Source: an uncultured Rhodothermales bacterium (lineage in GTDB: Bacteria > Bacteroidota > Rhodothermia > Rhodothermales > VXPQ01). Taken from it: 64,000 nt of DNA. The notes under the pieces are model-generated. The model ran no database searches and had not been told where the DNA came from. It saw nothing but the letters and a program-made list of their open reading frames with translations. The DNA lies in contig CAZSNF010000008.1 in assembly GCA_964608315.1 (NCBI GenBank), positions 517 to 64,516 on the forward strand. The letters run 5' to 3'. Shown here in pieces: positions 44,302-54,352 of this stretch (positions within the stretch are counted from its first letter, which is position 1; each line of letters starts with the position of its first letter). Both the position numbers and the translations under genes were made by a program.

Positions 44302-45840
44302 CTATTTGTCCCACCAGATCCGCGTGGTGAGTTCGTCCGGACCCTGACGGGACACCGCGGCGGAATAATTCTCCGGATTCGCTACGGCTTCCGCCTGGCG
44401 GTAGTTCAAGCGCCGGGGAATGGCGCCTCCGGTCCTGTTGCCCGGATAATTAACGGGCGTCAGTTCAGGATAACCCGTGCGGCGCCAGTTGGCGTACCCC
44501 TCATACTCATTCAACAGCGTCGCCGCCCATATCTGCTCGTTGATCTGCTGCATGGCCGTGGCCGAACTGTACGGATTGGCGTCCAGATACGCATCGATAG
44601 CGTCGCTGGATATGGCCGCACCGGGGTCGTACATGGCCAGATATTCCATGGCCGCCCGTACGCCGTTCGCGTAATGGGTTGCCGGATCTCCCCCGTGCCA
44701 GCCCCGAACCGCCGCCTCGGCCTTGAGTAATTCCACCTCGGCGTAGGTCATAAAGAACATGGGGTCGTCCCGCCCTGTAATCATGGGGTTCGGACGCATG
44801 TACACGTTCATGCCGCACAAAGCGTCGTCAGCGGCGCCGTCGGGGCAGGCAATCCAGCTGGGGTCGTTCTCTATGCCGTGATCCGGATCCGCTCCGCCCG
44901 TGGTCTTGCCATTGGGCAGGCCCACCGGATCAGCGCCTGCCACAGGAATCATTCCGTACACTGCAAGGCGCGGATCTTCATGCGCCACCATCCAGTCCAC
45001 GAAGAATTTGCTCATGCGGGGGTTGCTGTCTGCGGTGAAAACCTGGCCGTTCCCGTTCTGCCACCCCGACGGATCGTTATGCGGCACGTAGGCGATGTCG
45101 TCGTTGCCTTCCATGGTTCCGCCCAAAATAGCCTGGTTTGCCCAGTTCTGCGCGGCGGCGGGGTCAACCTTCACCAACCGCATCCCCAGCCGAAGCATGA
45201 GCGAATTGGCCAACTTGCGCCATTGCTCCACGTCCCCCTGATACATGAGGTCGCCATTCCCGTACGTCGGCCTGGACGGATCAAGCCCCGAGGCGGCCGC
45301 CGCCAACTTCGCCAGCATGTCGGCGTATATTTCGCTCTGGGAATCGTACTTCGGCTGCGTAATGCCTTCGATAAAGCCCCTGCCCGCCTCGGAGTACGGA
45401 ACGTCGCCGTACAGATCCGTCAGCCGGTGGTACATGATCACCCGCATGATCTGGGCGATGTGATGCATATTGGACTGTTCGGCGTCTTCGCCGGTCTGCA
45501 GCAGCAAATCCTCTATGTTCCTGGCGATGTTGGGATAATACCGGTCCCACATCGCTGCGGAGTAGGAGGAATTGTAGAAATACTTGTCCCCCGACCAGTA
45601 GCCCGGCAAGGCAGCGAAATGCTGAATCATTGTCGAACTGTAGATCAGGTTCGTCCGCCAGTTTTCGTAGCGCTGACCGCTGATCTGCACCTGGATGTTC
45701 GTCAGTTTGAAATTCGGATCGATCTGATCGGCTTGCGTCGGGTTCACGTTCATCTCCTCGAACCCGCTATCGCACGAGGACAGAACCAGCAGGCACGAAA
45801 TCAGCAAGAAACCCGGAATAAACTTCTGAAGGTAGGTCAT
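44302..45840 (-). CDS. SusD/RagB-family nutrient-binding outer-membrane lipoprotein
   Basis: From ATG 45840: signal and lipobox LVLSSC. TPR-like SusD body. Immediately downstream of the SusC-like receptor gene. Confidence 0.8.
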   Translation of the reverse strand: MTYLQKFIPGFLLISCLLVLSSCDSGFEEMNVNPTQADQIDPNFKLTNIQVQISGQRYENWRTNLIYSSTMIQHFAALPGYWSGDKYFYNSSYSAAMWDRYYPNIARNIEDLLLQTGEDAEQSNMHHIAQIMRVIMYHRLTDLYGDVPYSEAGRGFIEGITQPKYDSQSEIYADMLAKLAAAASGLDPSRPTYGNGDLMYQGDVEQWRKLANSLMLRLGMRLVKVDPAAAQNWANQAILGGTMEGNDDIAYVPHNDPSGWQNGNGQVFTADSNPRMSKFFVDWMVAHEDPRLAVYGMIPVAGADPVGLPNGKTTGGADPDHGIENDPSWIACPDGAADDALCGMNVYMRPNPMITGRDDPMFFMTYAEVELLKAEAAVRGWHGGDPATHYANGVRAAMEYLAMYDPGAAISSDAIDAYLDANPYSSATAMQQINEQIWAATLLNEYEGYANWRRTGYPELTPVNYPGNRTGGAIPRRLNYRQAEAVANPENYSAAVSRQGPDELTTRIWWDK

Positions 45841-45892
45841 GAATCGATATAGGTTTAGCGTGACAGGATAGCCTGGATACAGCCTCACGTTG

Positions 45893-48800
45893 TTACATTC
45901 TCACATTGACGTTAAAGCCAATGCTGCGCGTCTGCGGGACGCCGGAATGCTCCAGCCCAATGCCTTGCTGCGTGTTGTTGAAAATGGACTCCGGATCAAG
46001 GTTGTCCACATTGCTGTAAAGCAGCCACAGATTGCGGGCCACCAGCGAGATCGAAGCGAATTTGACCGGCGTATTGACAAGCAGGCGCGCAGGCAAGCGA
46101 TAGCTCAGGCTCAGCTCGCGCAATTTGACGAAGCTGGCGTCGTATACGAATTCCTCGCCGATGGTGCCGCCGCCAATGTGGCTCCAGTAGGTTTGGGCTT
46201 CCGTCTGCACGGCGTTCGGGTTGCCGTCTTCGTCCACGCCTTCGCCCACAACGCCGCCTTCGCGGCCCTCAAGCGTGTTCTTGTGCAGGCCGTTCGCGTA
46301 ACCGGCGCTATTGGTGACCGAGAAAATTTCGCCCCCGAAGCGCATGTCGAACAACACGCCAAGCCGCCATCCTTTATAGCGCAACGTATTGCTGACGCCT
46401 CCGAGGAAGTTGGGCGTGCCATTGCCGAGTACGCATATGCCGGGCGTTCGCATGGGCAACCCGTCGGCATCGTGCACGATGGCGCCCGTGGCGTTGCAGA
46501 AATCGTCCACGTTTTCTCCGGTGACGGGATCAATCATCTTGGGCACGTTCTGGCGCAGGTACTTGCGGCCCTTGATGGAGCCGTACGGCTCGCCCACGTC
46601 CGCCGTCACGAAATTGCCTCTGTGGCGACTTTCTGCAAGCACGAGCGACGTCTGCCCTTCGACCAGTTGCACCACCTCGTTGATGTTGCGCGAAAGGTTC
46701 ACGTCCATATCCCAGCGCCAGTCCGCCGTGCGATACGGCGTCGTGCTGACCAGCAACTCCACGCCGCTGTTCTTGATTTCGCCGGCGTTGATGACCTGGC
46801 TTCCGAAACCGGAAGCGCTCGATATGGTCGTCGAAAGAATCTGGTCGGTCGCGGTCTCGGTGTAATACGTAAAGTCCAGCCCGAAACGGTTGTCGACGAA
46901 GCGAATGTCGAAACCGCCCTCGATGCCGACGGTGGAAGAAGGCTTCAAGCTGGCCAGCGGAATCTGACCCTGGGCCACGCCGCCGCGCGGTTGCCCGAGG
47001 TGGCTTCCCTGCAGGTTGTAGGTCAACGCCAGCTGGTACGGATTGGTGTCGCCGCCGACTTCCGCCCAGGAGGCCCTCAGCTTGCCGAAACTGATCCAGT
47101 CCGGCATATTCAGCGCATCCGAAAACACGAAACTGACGCCGACGGACGGATAGAAGTACGAATTGTTGTCTATGGGCAACGTGCTGGACCAGTCGTTGCG
47201 GGCCGTCCCCGTCAGGAAGAGATAATCGCTATAGGACAGTTCTGCCGATCCGTACAGCGAATTGATCTGCTTCTCGTTGAAGCCATACCCGTGGGAGCGC
47301 GTGTTCTGGTTGGTTACCGTTTCCAGCCCCGGCACATTGAATCCGCCGCCTCCGCTCAGGGTCAGGTTCTCCCGGCTCCGGTACAGAATGTTGCCGCCCG
47401 CTGTCGCCACCAGGCCAAAGTTTCCGGGAAGGGAACGGTCGATATTGAACAGAAAATCGGTGTTGATTTCCGTGATGCGGAATTCCTGCTCGTTTTGACC
47501 GCCCAGCGGGCTGAACTCCGTGCCCCATGGCGTGATACTCGTGCGTCGCGTCGCGTAGGTATCGCCGCCAAAACGGCCCGTCAACGAAATCCAGTCCGCA
47601 AATTTGTAGCTCAGGGAAGCAAAACCAATGATCCGGCGATCTTCGTCCGACGAAGTGAACTGATGCGCCGCCCAGTAGGGGTTTTGCTGGAACGTGTTGC
47701 CGAACAGCCCGCGATGCAGTTCGCTGCCGTCCACATCCGTTCCAGGGTCCGTGCACGCTTCGTCTTCGGGCGGGCACTCCATGGTGGTTACGTCCACGTT
47801 CGGCGCCAGCTGATACACGGAATAATTCGCATTGCCCGGCGAGTCGCTCAACCGGGGGCGGTTTTTGACATACTCGCGCACGAAGTTGAGCTTCGCGTCC
47901 GCGCTCAGGCGAGAACCGAATTGGGACCCGCCGCGCAGGGTAAACGAAGTGCGGGACAACCCCGAATTGGGACTAACCCCTTCGTTCTGCAAATGCGAAA
48001 AGCCCATGCGCAGCGAACTCGTCTCGGTTGCCGTCGAAAGCGCCAGGCTGTTGGTGGTCGTGAGACCCGTGTTGTAAAAGTTGTCGATGGCGTTGGGCGC
48101 CTGACCGTACGACTGCATCGTGCCGTCCCAGCTGACCACGCCGGAGCCGTCCAGCCGCGCTCCCCAGGCCTGGTCCACCGAGCTCAGCGCATCGTCCACA
48201 GAAGTCGGTTTTTCGCCCCGCGTCCCCTGGCCATATTCGTTCTGCCAGTCCGTATTGACCAGCACCGACTCGAACGTGGTGTTGCTGGAAAACTCTACGC
48301 CGAGGCCAAGGCCGGGCGTTGCGCGCTTGGTCGTGATCAGAACGACCCCGTTCTTGGCGCGCGTACCGTACAGCGCAGCGGCGGAAGGTCCCTTGAGCAC
48401 CGATATGTTCTCGATGTCGTCCGGATTGATGGAGCCGATGCCGTCGCCGCCGTCCGATCCGCCCCACATCCCGGCGGAACCGAGCGTGGAATTGTCGATG
48501 GGAACGCCGTCCACCACATACAGCGGCTGGCTGTCTTCGCCCAGAGACGACGCGCCCCGGATAATCACCCGGCTCGATCCCGCGGGACCGGTGGCGGGCT
48601 TGGTGACCTGTACGCCGGCCACTTTCCCGGCCAGTGCGTTCGCCACGTTGTTTTCCCGCACTTCGCGCAGGTCCTCGCCGGAAATTTCGCTCACGGAATA
48701 CCCGAGCGCGCGCTGCTGTCGCTCGATGCCGAAGGCGGTAACCACCACTTCTTCAAGCAATTCGACGTCCTCTACGAGCCGCACCGTCAGTTCGGCTTGC

Positions 48801-49096
48801 CCGTTCACAGGGACCGTTTGCGTAACATAGCCCACAAAGGAAAAGACCAGCGAGGCGTTCGCATTGGACACGGTTATCTCGAACGTGCCGTCCACATCGC
48901 TGACGACGCCGTTCAGCGTACCGTCTTCAAGGATGTTCACGCCGGGAAGCGGCGCGTCGTCCTCGTCGGCAACCACGACGCCGTTCACGGTGAGGACCTG
49001 CGCATTCGCCACGCGAAGGCCTGAAAGCAAAAGCCCCGCGGATAGCAAAACGCAGAGGGCGGTACAGGTTCGAAAAGCGCCAGTTACCGTTTTCAT
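45893..49096 (-). CDS. SusC-like TonB-dependent receptor
   Basis: From ATG 49096: signal peptide, CarboxypepD_reg-like domain (VNGVVVADEDDAPLPGVNI...GTFEI), plug (DIENISVLKGPSAAALYGTRAKNGVVLITTK), a large barrel and a terminal aromatic (…GFNVNVRM). Confidence 0.9.
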   Translation of the reverse strand: MKTVTGAFRTCTALCVLLSAGLLLSGLRVANAQVLTVNGVVVADEDDAPLPGVNILEDGTLNGVVSDVDGTFEITVSNANASLVFSFVGYVTQTVPVNGQAELTVRLVEDVELLEEVVVTAFGIERQQRALGYSVSEISGEDLREVRENNVANALAGKVAGVQVTKPATGPAGSSRVIIRGASSLGEDSQPLYVVDGVPIDNSTLGSAGMWGGSDGGDGIGSINPDDIENISVLKGPSAAALYGTRAKNGVVLITTKRATPGLGLGVEFSSNTTFESVLVNTDWQNEYGQGTRGEKPTSVDDALSSVDQAWGARLDGSGVVSWDGTMQSYGQAPNAIDNFYNTGLTTTNSLALSTATETSSLRMGFSHLQNEGVSPNSGLSRTSFTLRGGSQFGSRLSADAKLNFVREYVKNRPRLSDSPGNANYSVYQLAPNVDVTTMECPPEDEACTDPGTDVDGSELHRGLFGNTFQQNPYWAAHQFTSSDEDRRIIGFASLSYKFADWISLTGRFGGDTYATRRTSITPWGTEFSPLGGQNEQEFRITEINTDFLFNIDRSLPGNFGLVATAGGNILYRSRENLTLSGGGGFNVPGLETVTNQNTRSHGYGFNEKQINSLYGSAELSYSDYLFLTGTARNDWSSTLPIDNNSYFYPSVGVSFVFSDALNMPDWISFGKLRASWAEVGGDTNPYQLALTYNLQGSHLGQPRGGVAQGQIPLASLKPSSTVGIEGGFDIRFVDNRFGLDFTYYTETATDQILSTTISSASGFGSQVINAGEIKNSGVELLVSTTPYRTADWRWDMDVNLSRNINEVVQLVEGQTSLVLAESRHRGNFVTADVGEPYGSIKGRKYLRQNVPKMIDPVTGENVDDFCNATGAIVHDADGLPMRTPGICVLGNGTPNFLGGVSNTLRYKGWRLGVLFDMRFGGEIFSVTNSAGYANGLHKNTLEGREGGVVGEGVDEDGNPNAVQTEAQTYWSHIGGGTIGEEFVYDASFVKLRELSLSYRLPARLLVNTPVKFASISLVARNLWLLYSNVDNLDPESIFNNTQQGIGLEHSGVPQTRSIGFNVNVRM

Positions 49097-49411
49097 GGCA
49101 ATCAGGTAAGGTATGACCAGATGGTTTAAGGAAAGGAGACAACGCGCAGAAGAAGGGGGGGGGGCGTTGCCTGTACTGCGTATCAGCATGGTATGAACAA
49201 AAGTATGCATAGTCAAGGGCAGGTGTTCCCCGAAAATATTTTTTCCTATTATAATTAACCCGAACCCGGCCCGGAACGCTCAATGTGCATAGTCGAAAAT
49301 TTCATACATTCTTAAAAAGTTAAGTGTGTATGTGCATTTGCCTTAAAAAATAAATTATCTATTGTCGTATGGCTCTCTCGCGGCGCAGCGAGGCCAAAAC
49401 CCGAAAATATT

Positions 49412-49659
49412 TTAAGGAACCTCTGATTAATTCTGCAAAGTTCAGAGGCTGCGAAGGGGGGTACTGGTGCAGGATGGAACGGGTCTGTGGCGCGCCTTTT
49501 CACGAAACATAAGGGTGCGCAGACAAGGGGCTGGCAGCGGTATCCGGGGCCCGATGTTTCGTTCAAAGGCGCAACCACAGACCCTCCTTTACCGTTTTGC
49601 CTTAATTATTCATAGTATCCATAGAAACGTATCGCGAGATGTAATCAGAATATCCTTCA
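49412..49659 (+). repeat. MITE-like element, copy G (same module as F but with the central loop inverted)
   Basis: ttaaggaacctctgattaattctgcaaagttcagaggctgcga ... degenerate terminus cttaattattcatagtatcc, plus a second terminus-like motif taatcagaatatccttca (49642-49659) that contains the stop codon of the 49657 gene. Confidence 0.75.
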
Positions 49660-52600
49660 TTCCGGGCTGGCGTCCGCGGGCGCGAACGCCAGCAACGCTG
49701 CGTCGTTCTGCGCAACCACCACAAGGGGACCCGTTGCGGTGGCGACGCGAACCATGCCGCGCACTGCCCCGGGCGCCAGAAAACCGCTCCGGGAAGCAGG
49801 AACGCTCTCATAAGTCATCCCGCCGCGATTCAGCAACAGCCACCCCCGCCCCCCATTATAACGACCCCATTGCGCCCGCGTATCGAAAGCATTTCCCGCG
49901 AGAAGGATATCCGTCTGTCCATCGCCGTCCGCATCCTCTAAGAGGATAGCATGCACCGGAGCGAACTGCGCTCCGAGAGGCAATTCCCGAACCCGGAACC
50001 GGCCTTCTCCGGCGTTCTCGAAAACGCTGCTTGAAAATCGGAACGCCTCCAGCCTGACTGCGGGCGCCGCCTCGGAAAAAACATCGTCCAGCGTGGCGCG
50101 GGCGTACGAGGCGTAATCCGGAAATTGCCGGGCAAGCAATGGAATCTCCTCCAGCAATTCGTCTCGCCAGGGGACAGGACGCCTTTGCGCGCCAATGTAG
50201 TATCCCATAACGAATTCGGAGCGCCCGTCGGCGCCGAAATCCGCGGCGTACACCGCGGCGGGCTTGTCCGGCCCGGCCTGCATCTGCGCATTCAAACCCC
50301 GGTTGCCGGCGACCAGGTCGATATCGCCGTCGCCGTCCAGATCCTGCGCATGCAGGACATTCCACCAGCCTTCCGTACCGGCGAAACCTGTTTCGGAAGC
50401 GGGAATCTCCGCCCATTCCCCGGTATACCGGAAAGCCCGGATCGGCATCCATTCTCCCGCCAGAACCAGTTCGGCGCGACGATCTCCATCCATGTCCGTC
50501 CACAGCGCATCGGTCACCATCCCCGGCGCCCGCAACGCCTCCGGCGTGACGTCCGCGAACGTTCCGCCCGTATTCTCCAGCACGTAACTGCGCGGAGCCA
50601 GCGGGTAGCGGCCCGGAAGCACCCGCCCGCCCACGAACAGATCCATATCCCCATCTCCGTCGAAATCGCGCGCCGCCGCCGCGCCGCCGCTGCTGTGCAG
50701 GGCGGGCAGGGCCTCAGCGGCATGGGAATACAATCCGGCGCCGTCGTTGACGTAGAGACGGTCCTGATACGCCGACATATCCTCCGCTTCGAACGATCCG
50801 CCGCTAACCACATACAGATCCTGGTCGCCGTCGCCGTCCGCATCCATAAACAATGCGTCTGTATCCTCATAGCCGCCATGCGCCTCGAAAGCCGCGCCGG
50901 GACCCCGGTAAAACGATCCGTCGGGGCGCTGCAAAAAGAGCGCCCCTGCCTGGCCCCTCGCCCCGCCGACGAATACATCCTCCAGCCCGTCCCCATTCGC
51001 ATCTCCCGCTGTCAGCGCAGGCCCCTGCCGGGACAACATATGCGGAAGCAGACGCTCCCGCTCGAAATCGACGAACGGATTTTCGATATGCACGAACCGC
51101 AACCCCCGGGCCTCCGCTTGCTCCGCAAAAAACGGCGACGCCCGAAGCGCTGCGCCTTCCTGTTCGTCCGGCGCTTCGACATCGGCGTCCCGGCGATGCA
51201 GCGCGAGCGCCTGGTTCGTCGGAACGCCCTGCATCCGCTGGCGCGCCCCGTCCGGCCAGATCACCTCGAGATCGACCTGCTCCAGGTCGCCCAGGCCGAA
51301 AAAAAGCGCCGGCTCCACGGACGACAAATACCCCCGCACCGGGTTCATTTCCCGGTAGAACCGCTGTCCGCCCCCCGTTGCCTCGACCGCAGCGCCGATC
51401 CCGAACCGGTTGCCTTCCGGTCCTTCGAGGCGAACCTTCAGGTAATGTCCCGCAGCAAGGCGGTCCGCATCGTTCCGATAGACAAAGGCTTCCGCATTGA
51501 TGTTGTTGACCGCCAGATCAAGGTCCCCGTCGTCGTCCAGATCGGCGTACGCCGCGCCGTTCGACAAGGAAGCCTCGCCCATCCCCCAGTCCCGCGTCTT
51601 GTTCGCAAAGGCGATTCCCGACTCGTTTCTGTATATGTAATTCGGGATGGGCGTGGAAGGCATCTGCCGGACCATGTCCAGCGAGGACAAGGCTTCTCCC
51701 CGGGCGCTGGCCTCCTTGTGCGCATTCACCAGCGTATGCCGGAGAAAATCGAGATTCGTGTAGTCGCGCATATAGCCATTCGTGACGAAGAGGTCGTTGC
51801 GACCGTCGAGATCGAAATCGGCCAGCAGCGCCGCCCAGCTCCAGTCGGTATTCGAAACGCCTGCAATTTGCCCGATCTCCGCAAAAGTCCCGTCTCCCCG
51901 GTTCAGGTGCAGCATATTGCGCATATACTGCTCGTGAAACCCCTTATTCCGAAAGTCTTCGTAAAACACATGGTCTTCCGGCCCCTGCAACGCCTTCTGC
52001 CGGAAATGATCTTCGGCGATCATATCGAGCGTCGCGATATCGGGCCAGGCGTCGTTGTTTATATCGGCGACGTCGGCCCCCATGGACGAGTAGGACGTAT
52101 GCGTCAGCATATCGCGCACGGATTCGGTAAAGGTCCCGTCCCCGTTGTTCACGTACAGGTAATCGTCCTCGATATAGTCGTTGGCAACATAGAGGTCGGG
52201 CCAGCCGTCCCGGTTCACGTCGCCAACGACGGCGCTGAGTCCGAAGCCAAGGGGGTTGCCGATGACGCCCGCCGCTTCGCTCGCGTCCGTAAAAAACCCG
52301 CCGTCGTTCCGGTACAGTTTGTCGCCTGCCAGGGAGTCGCGAGCGCTTCGCATATACTCCACGTCGAACCGGCTCAAACGCCGGATCGAATGATTCAGCA
52401 GATACAAATCCAGGTCGCCGTCCCGGTCGTAATCGAACAGGGCCGCGTGGTTCGAATACGCGGGATCGTCCAGACCGTATTCCGCCGCCCGTTCGGTAAA
52501 GGTCCCGTTCCCGTTGTTGACGTACAAGGCGTTCCGGCGGCGATCCGTGCTCACCCGGCCCGATTTGCACACATAAATGTCCAGATGGCCATCCCCGTTG

Positions 52601-52986
52601 ACGTCCCCCATCGTCACGCCGGTCGTCCAGCCGGATTCGCTCGCAAGACCTGCCTGCTCCGTGACGTCTTCGAACGCCAGCCCGCCCCGGTTGAGATACA
52701 GACGGTCCTGATCGATGTTGGCCGTGAAATACAGATCGGGCAGGCCATCGCCGTTCACATCGCCGGCGGCCACGCCCCCTCCGTTATAGAAGTATTCGTA
52801 CTCCAGCACATTAAACCCTTCCCGCTCTTCGATCCTGTTCGCGAAGGCAATCCCCGTCTCGGCGGCGGACAATCGCGTAAAGAGCGGCGAGGCGGCGCCT
52901 TCGCTTGCGGAATCGCTTCCGCCGCACGCGCCGAGCAGAAACGCCGCCAGCGCAAGAAACAGGAAAGGCAGGACGATGCGCTTCAT
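49657..52986 (-). CDS. FG-GAP/VCBS-repeat + ASPIC/UnbV (CRTAC1-like) lipoprotein
   Basis: From ATG 52986: lipobox LLGACGG. Many repeats of the type GD(V/A)NGDG.(P/L)D(L/I)(Y/F)V.N. 1109 aa. Confidence 0.8.
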   Translation of the reverse strand: MKRIVLPFLFLALAAFLLGACGGSDSASEGAASPLFTRLSAAETGIAFANRIEEREGFNVLEYEYFYNGGGVAAGDVNGDGLPDLYFTANIDQDRLYLNRGGLAFEDVTEQAGLASESGWTTGVTMGDVNGDGHLDIYVCKSGRVSTDRRRNALYVNNGNGTFTERAAEYGLDDPAYSNHAALFDYDRDGDLDLYLLNHSIRRLSRFDVEYMRSARDSLAGDKLYRNDGGFFTDASEAAGVIGNPLGFGLSAVVGDVNRDGWPDLYVANDYIEDDYLYVNNGDGTFTESVRDMLTHTSYSSMGADVADINNDAWPDIATLDMIAEDHFRQKALQGPEDHVFYEDFRNKGFHEQYMRNMLHLNRGDGTFAEIGQIAGVSNTDWSWAALLADFDLDGRNDLFVTNGYMRDYTNLDFLRHTLVNAHKEASARGEALSSLDMVRQMPSTPIPNYIYRNESGIAFANKTRDWGMGEASLSNGAAYADLDDDGDLDLAVNNINAEAFVYRNDADRLAAGHYLKVRLEGPEGNRFGIGAAVEATGGGQRFYREMNPVRGYLSSVEPALFFGLGDLEQVDLEVIWPDGARQRMQGVPTNQALALHRRDADVEAPDEQEGAALRASPFFAEQAEARGLRFVHIENPFVDFERERLLPHMLSRQGPALTAGDANGDGLEDVFVGGARGQAGALFLQRPDGSFYRGPGAAFEAHGGYEDTDALFMDADGDGDQDLYVVSGGSFEAEDMSAYQDRLYVNDGAGLYSHAAEALPALHSSGGAAAARDFDGDGDMDLFVGGRVLPGRYPLAPRSYVLENTGGTFADVTPEALRAPGMVTDALWTDMDGDRRAELVLAGEWMPIRAFRYTGEWAEIPASETGFAGTEGWWNVLHAQDLDGDGDIDLVAGNRGLNAQMQAGPDKPAAVYAADFGADGRSEFVMGYYIGAQRRPVPWRDELLEEIPLLARQFPDYASYARATLDDVFSEAAPAVRLEAFRFSSSVFENAGEGRFRVRELPLGAQFAPVHAILLEDADGDGQTDILLAGNAFDTRAQWGRYNGGRGWLLLNRGGMTYESVPASRSGFLAPGAVRGMVRVATATGPLVVVAQNDAALLAFAPADASPE

Positions 52987-53222
52987 GCGGCGCAAAGACG
53001 TTAGAGAACAGATGGCGATCAGCGAAGCTTTACCAGAGTATCCTGAACGTACTGCGACGCATCCGGTTGCACTGCAAGATACGGCGCGGCGGCCTCTGCG
53101 AGCAAGCCAATGCGCTGGCAATTCACAGAATGCGTACGCAAAATTTGCGTATATTGAATATGATTTTGGCTTTGCCAGAAACCACTCCGATTTTCCGTTA
53201 ATCCTTCGTTTTTTACCTTGTC

Positions 53223-54302
53223 ATGAGTGATGTCCTGATTTCCCGCACCGCCGACTTGCTTGACGACGAAGCCGGGTATTTGCTCGACCACGAATGCGGC
53301 ACGATCCCGAAAGAGCATTTGTATCTGCCGGGACCCGACTTCGTGGATCGCGTATGGATCGGTTCGGACCGCAAGCCGCGGGTGCTGGGCTCCATGCAGC
53401 AACTTTTCAACACGGGACGGCTCGGCGGCACGGGGTACTTGTCGATCCTGCCGGTAGATCAGGGCATCGAGCACGGCGCCGGAGCCTCGTTCGCTAAAAA
53501 TCCGGCCTGTTTCGATCCCCGGAACATTGTCGAACTGGCTATCGAGGGCGGATGCAATGCAGTGGCTTCCACGTTCGGCGTCCTCGGAGCCGTGGCGCGG
53601 CAATACGCGCACAAGATTCCCTTCATCCTGAAATTCAACCACAACGAACTGCTCACCTACCCGAACACGTACGATCAGATTCTCTTCGCGAAGATCGAGG
53701 ATGCGTACGAAATGGGCTGCGTGGGCGTGGGCGCCACCGTGTACTTCGGGTCGGCGGATTCCGACCGGCAAATACAGGAAGTCTCGGAAGCCTTCTCGGC
53801 GGCCCATGAACTTGGCATGACCACGATTCTGTGGTGTTACGTCCGGAATTCCGCCTTCAACCAGAACGGCGTGAACCACGAATCCAGCGCCGACCTGACG
53901 GGACAGGCCAACCACCTTGGCGTAACTATCGAAGCCGATATCATCAAGCAGAAGCAGCCGGAGCAGAACGGCGGCCTGAAGGCGATGAATATGGGGGCCT
54001 CGAGTTACGGCAAACTGGACGAGCGCATGTTCACCGAACTGGCGAGCGATCACCCCATCGACCTGACGCGGTACCAGGTGGCCAACTGCTACATGGGGCG
54101 ATGCGGCCTGATCAATTCCGGCGGCGGATCGGGGAAAAACGACTTGCAGCAAGCGGTGCGAACGGCAGTGATCAACAAGCGCGCCGGGGGCATGGGACTG
54201 ATTTCCGGACGCAAGGCCTTTCAGAAGCCCTTGCAGGAAGGCGTCGAGATTCTGAACGCCATCCAGGACGTATATCTCGACGACGACGTGACCATCGCAT
54301 AG
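53223..54302 (+). CDS. fbaB: class I fructose-bisphosphate aldolase (FbaB/DhnA type)
   Basis: [29 protein letters not shown] (Schiff-base lysine region) and SGGG tail. 359 aa. Confidence 0.85.
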   Translation: MSDVLISRTADLLDDEAGYLLDHECGTIPKEHLYLPGPDFVDRVWIGSDRKPRVLGSMQQLFNTGRLGGTGYLSILPVDQGIEHGAGASFAKNPACFDPRNIVELAIEGGCNAVASTFGVLGAVARQYAHKIPFILKFNHNELLTYPNTYDQILFAKIEDAYEMGCVGVGATVYFGSADSDRQIQEVSEAFSAAHELGMTTILWCYVRNSAFNQNGVNHESSADLTGQANHLGVTIEADIIKQKQPEQNGGLKAMNMGASSYGKLDERMFTELASDHPIDLTRYQVANCYMGRCGLINSGGGSGKNDLQQAVRTAVINKRAGGMGLISGRKAFQKPLQEGVEILNAIQDVYLDDDVTIA

Positions 54303-54352
54303 GTCGCCCGGAAACCGCAGCCCGTTCGCCAACCTGTCCGCTGTTACGCCCT

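Noticed and set aside
53831-54352. N-terminal 174 codons of the tracked 1367-aa ORF
   Set aside because: This stretch would overlap fbaB by about 470 nt in another frame. The in-frame ATG at 54353 yields a textbook lipoprotein signal peptide, so the upstream extension is taken as non-coding.
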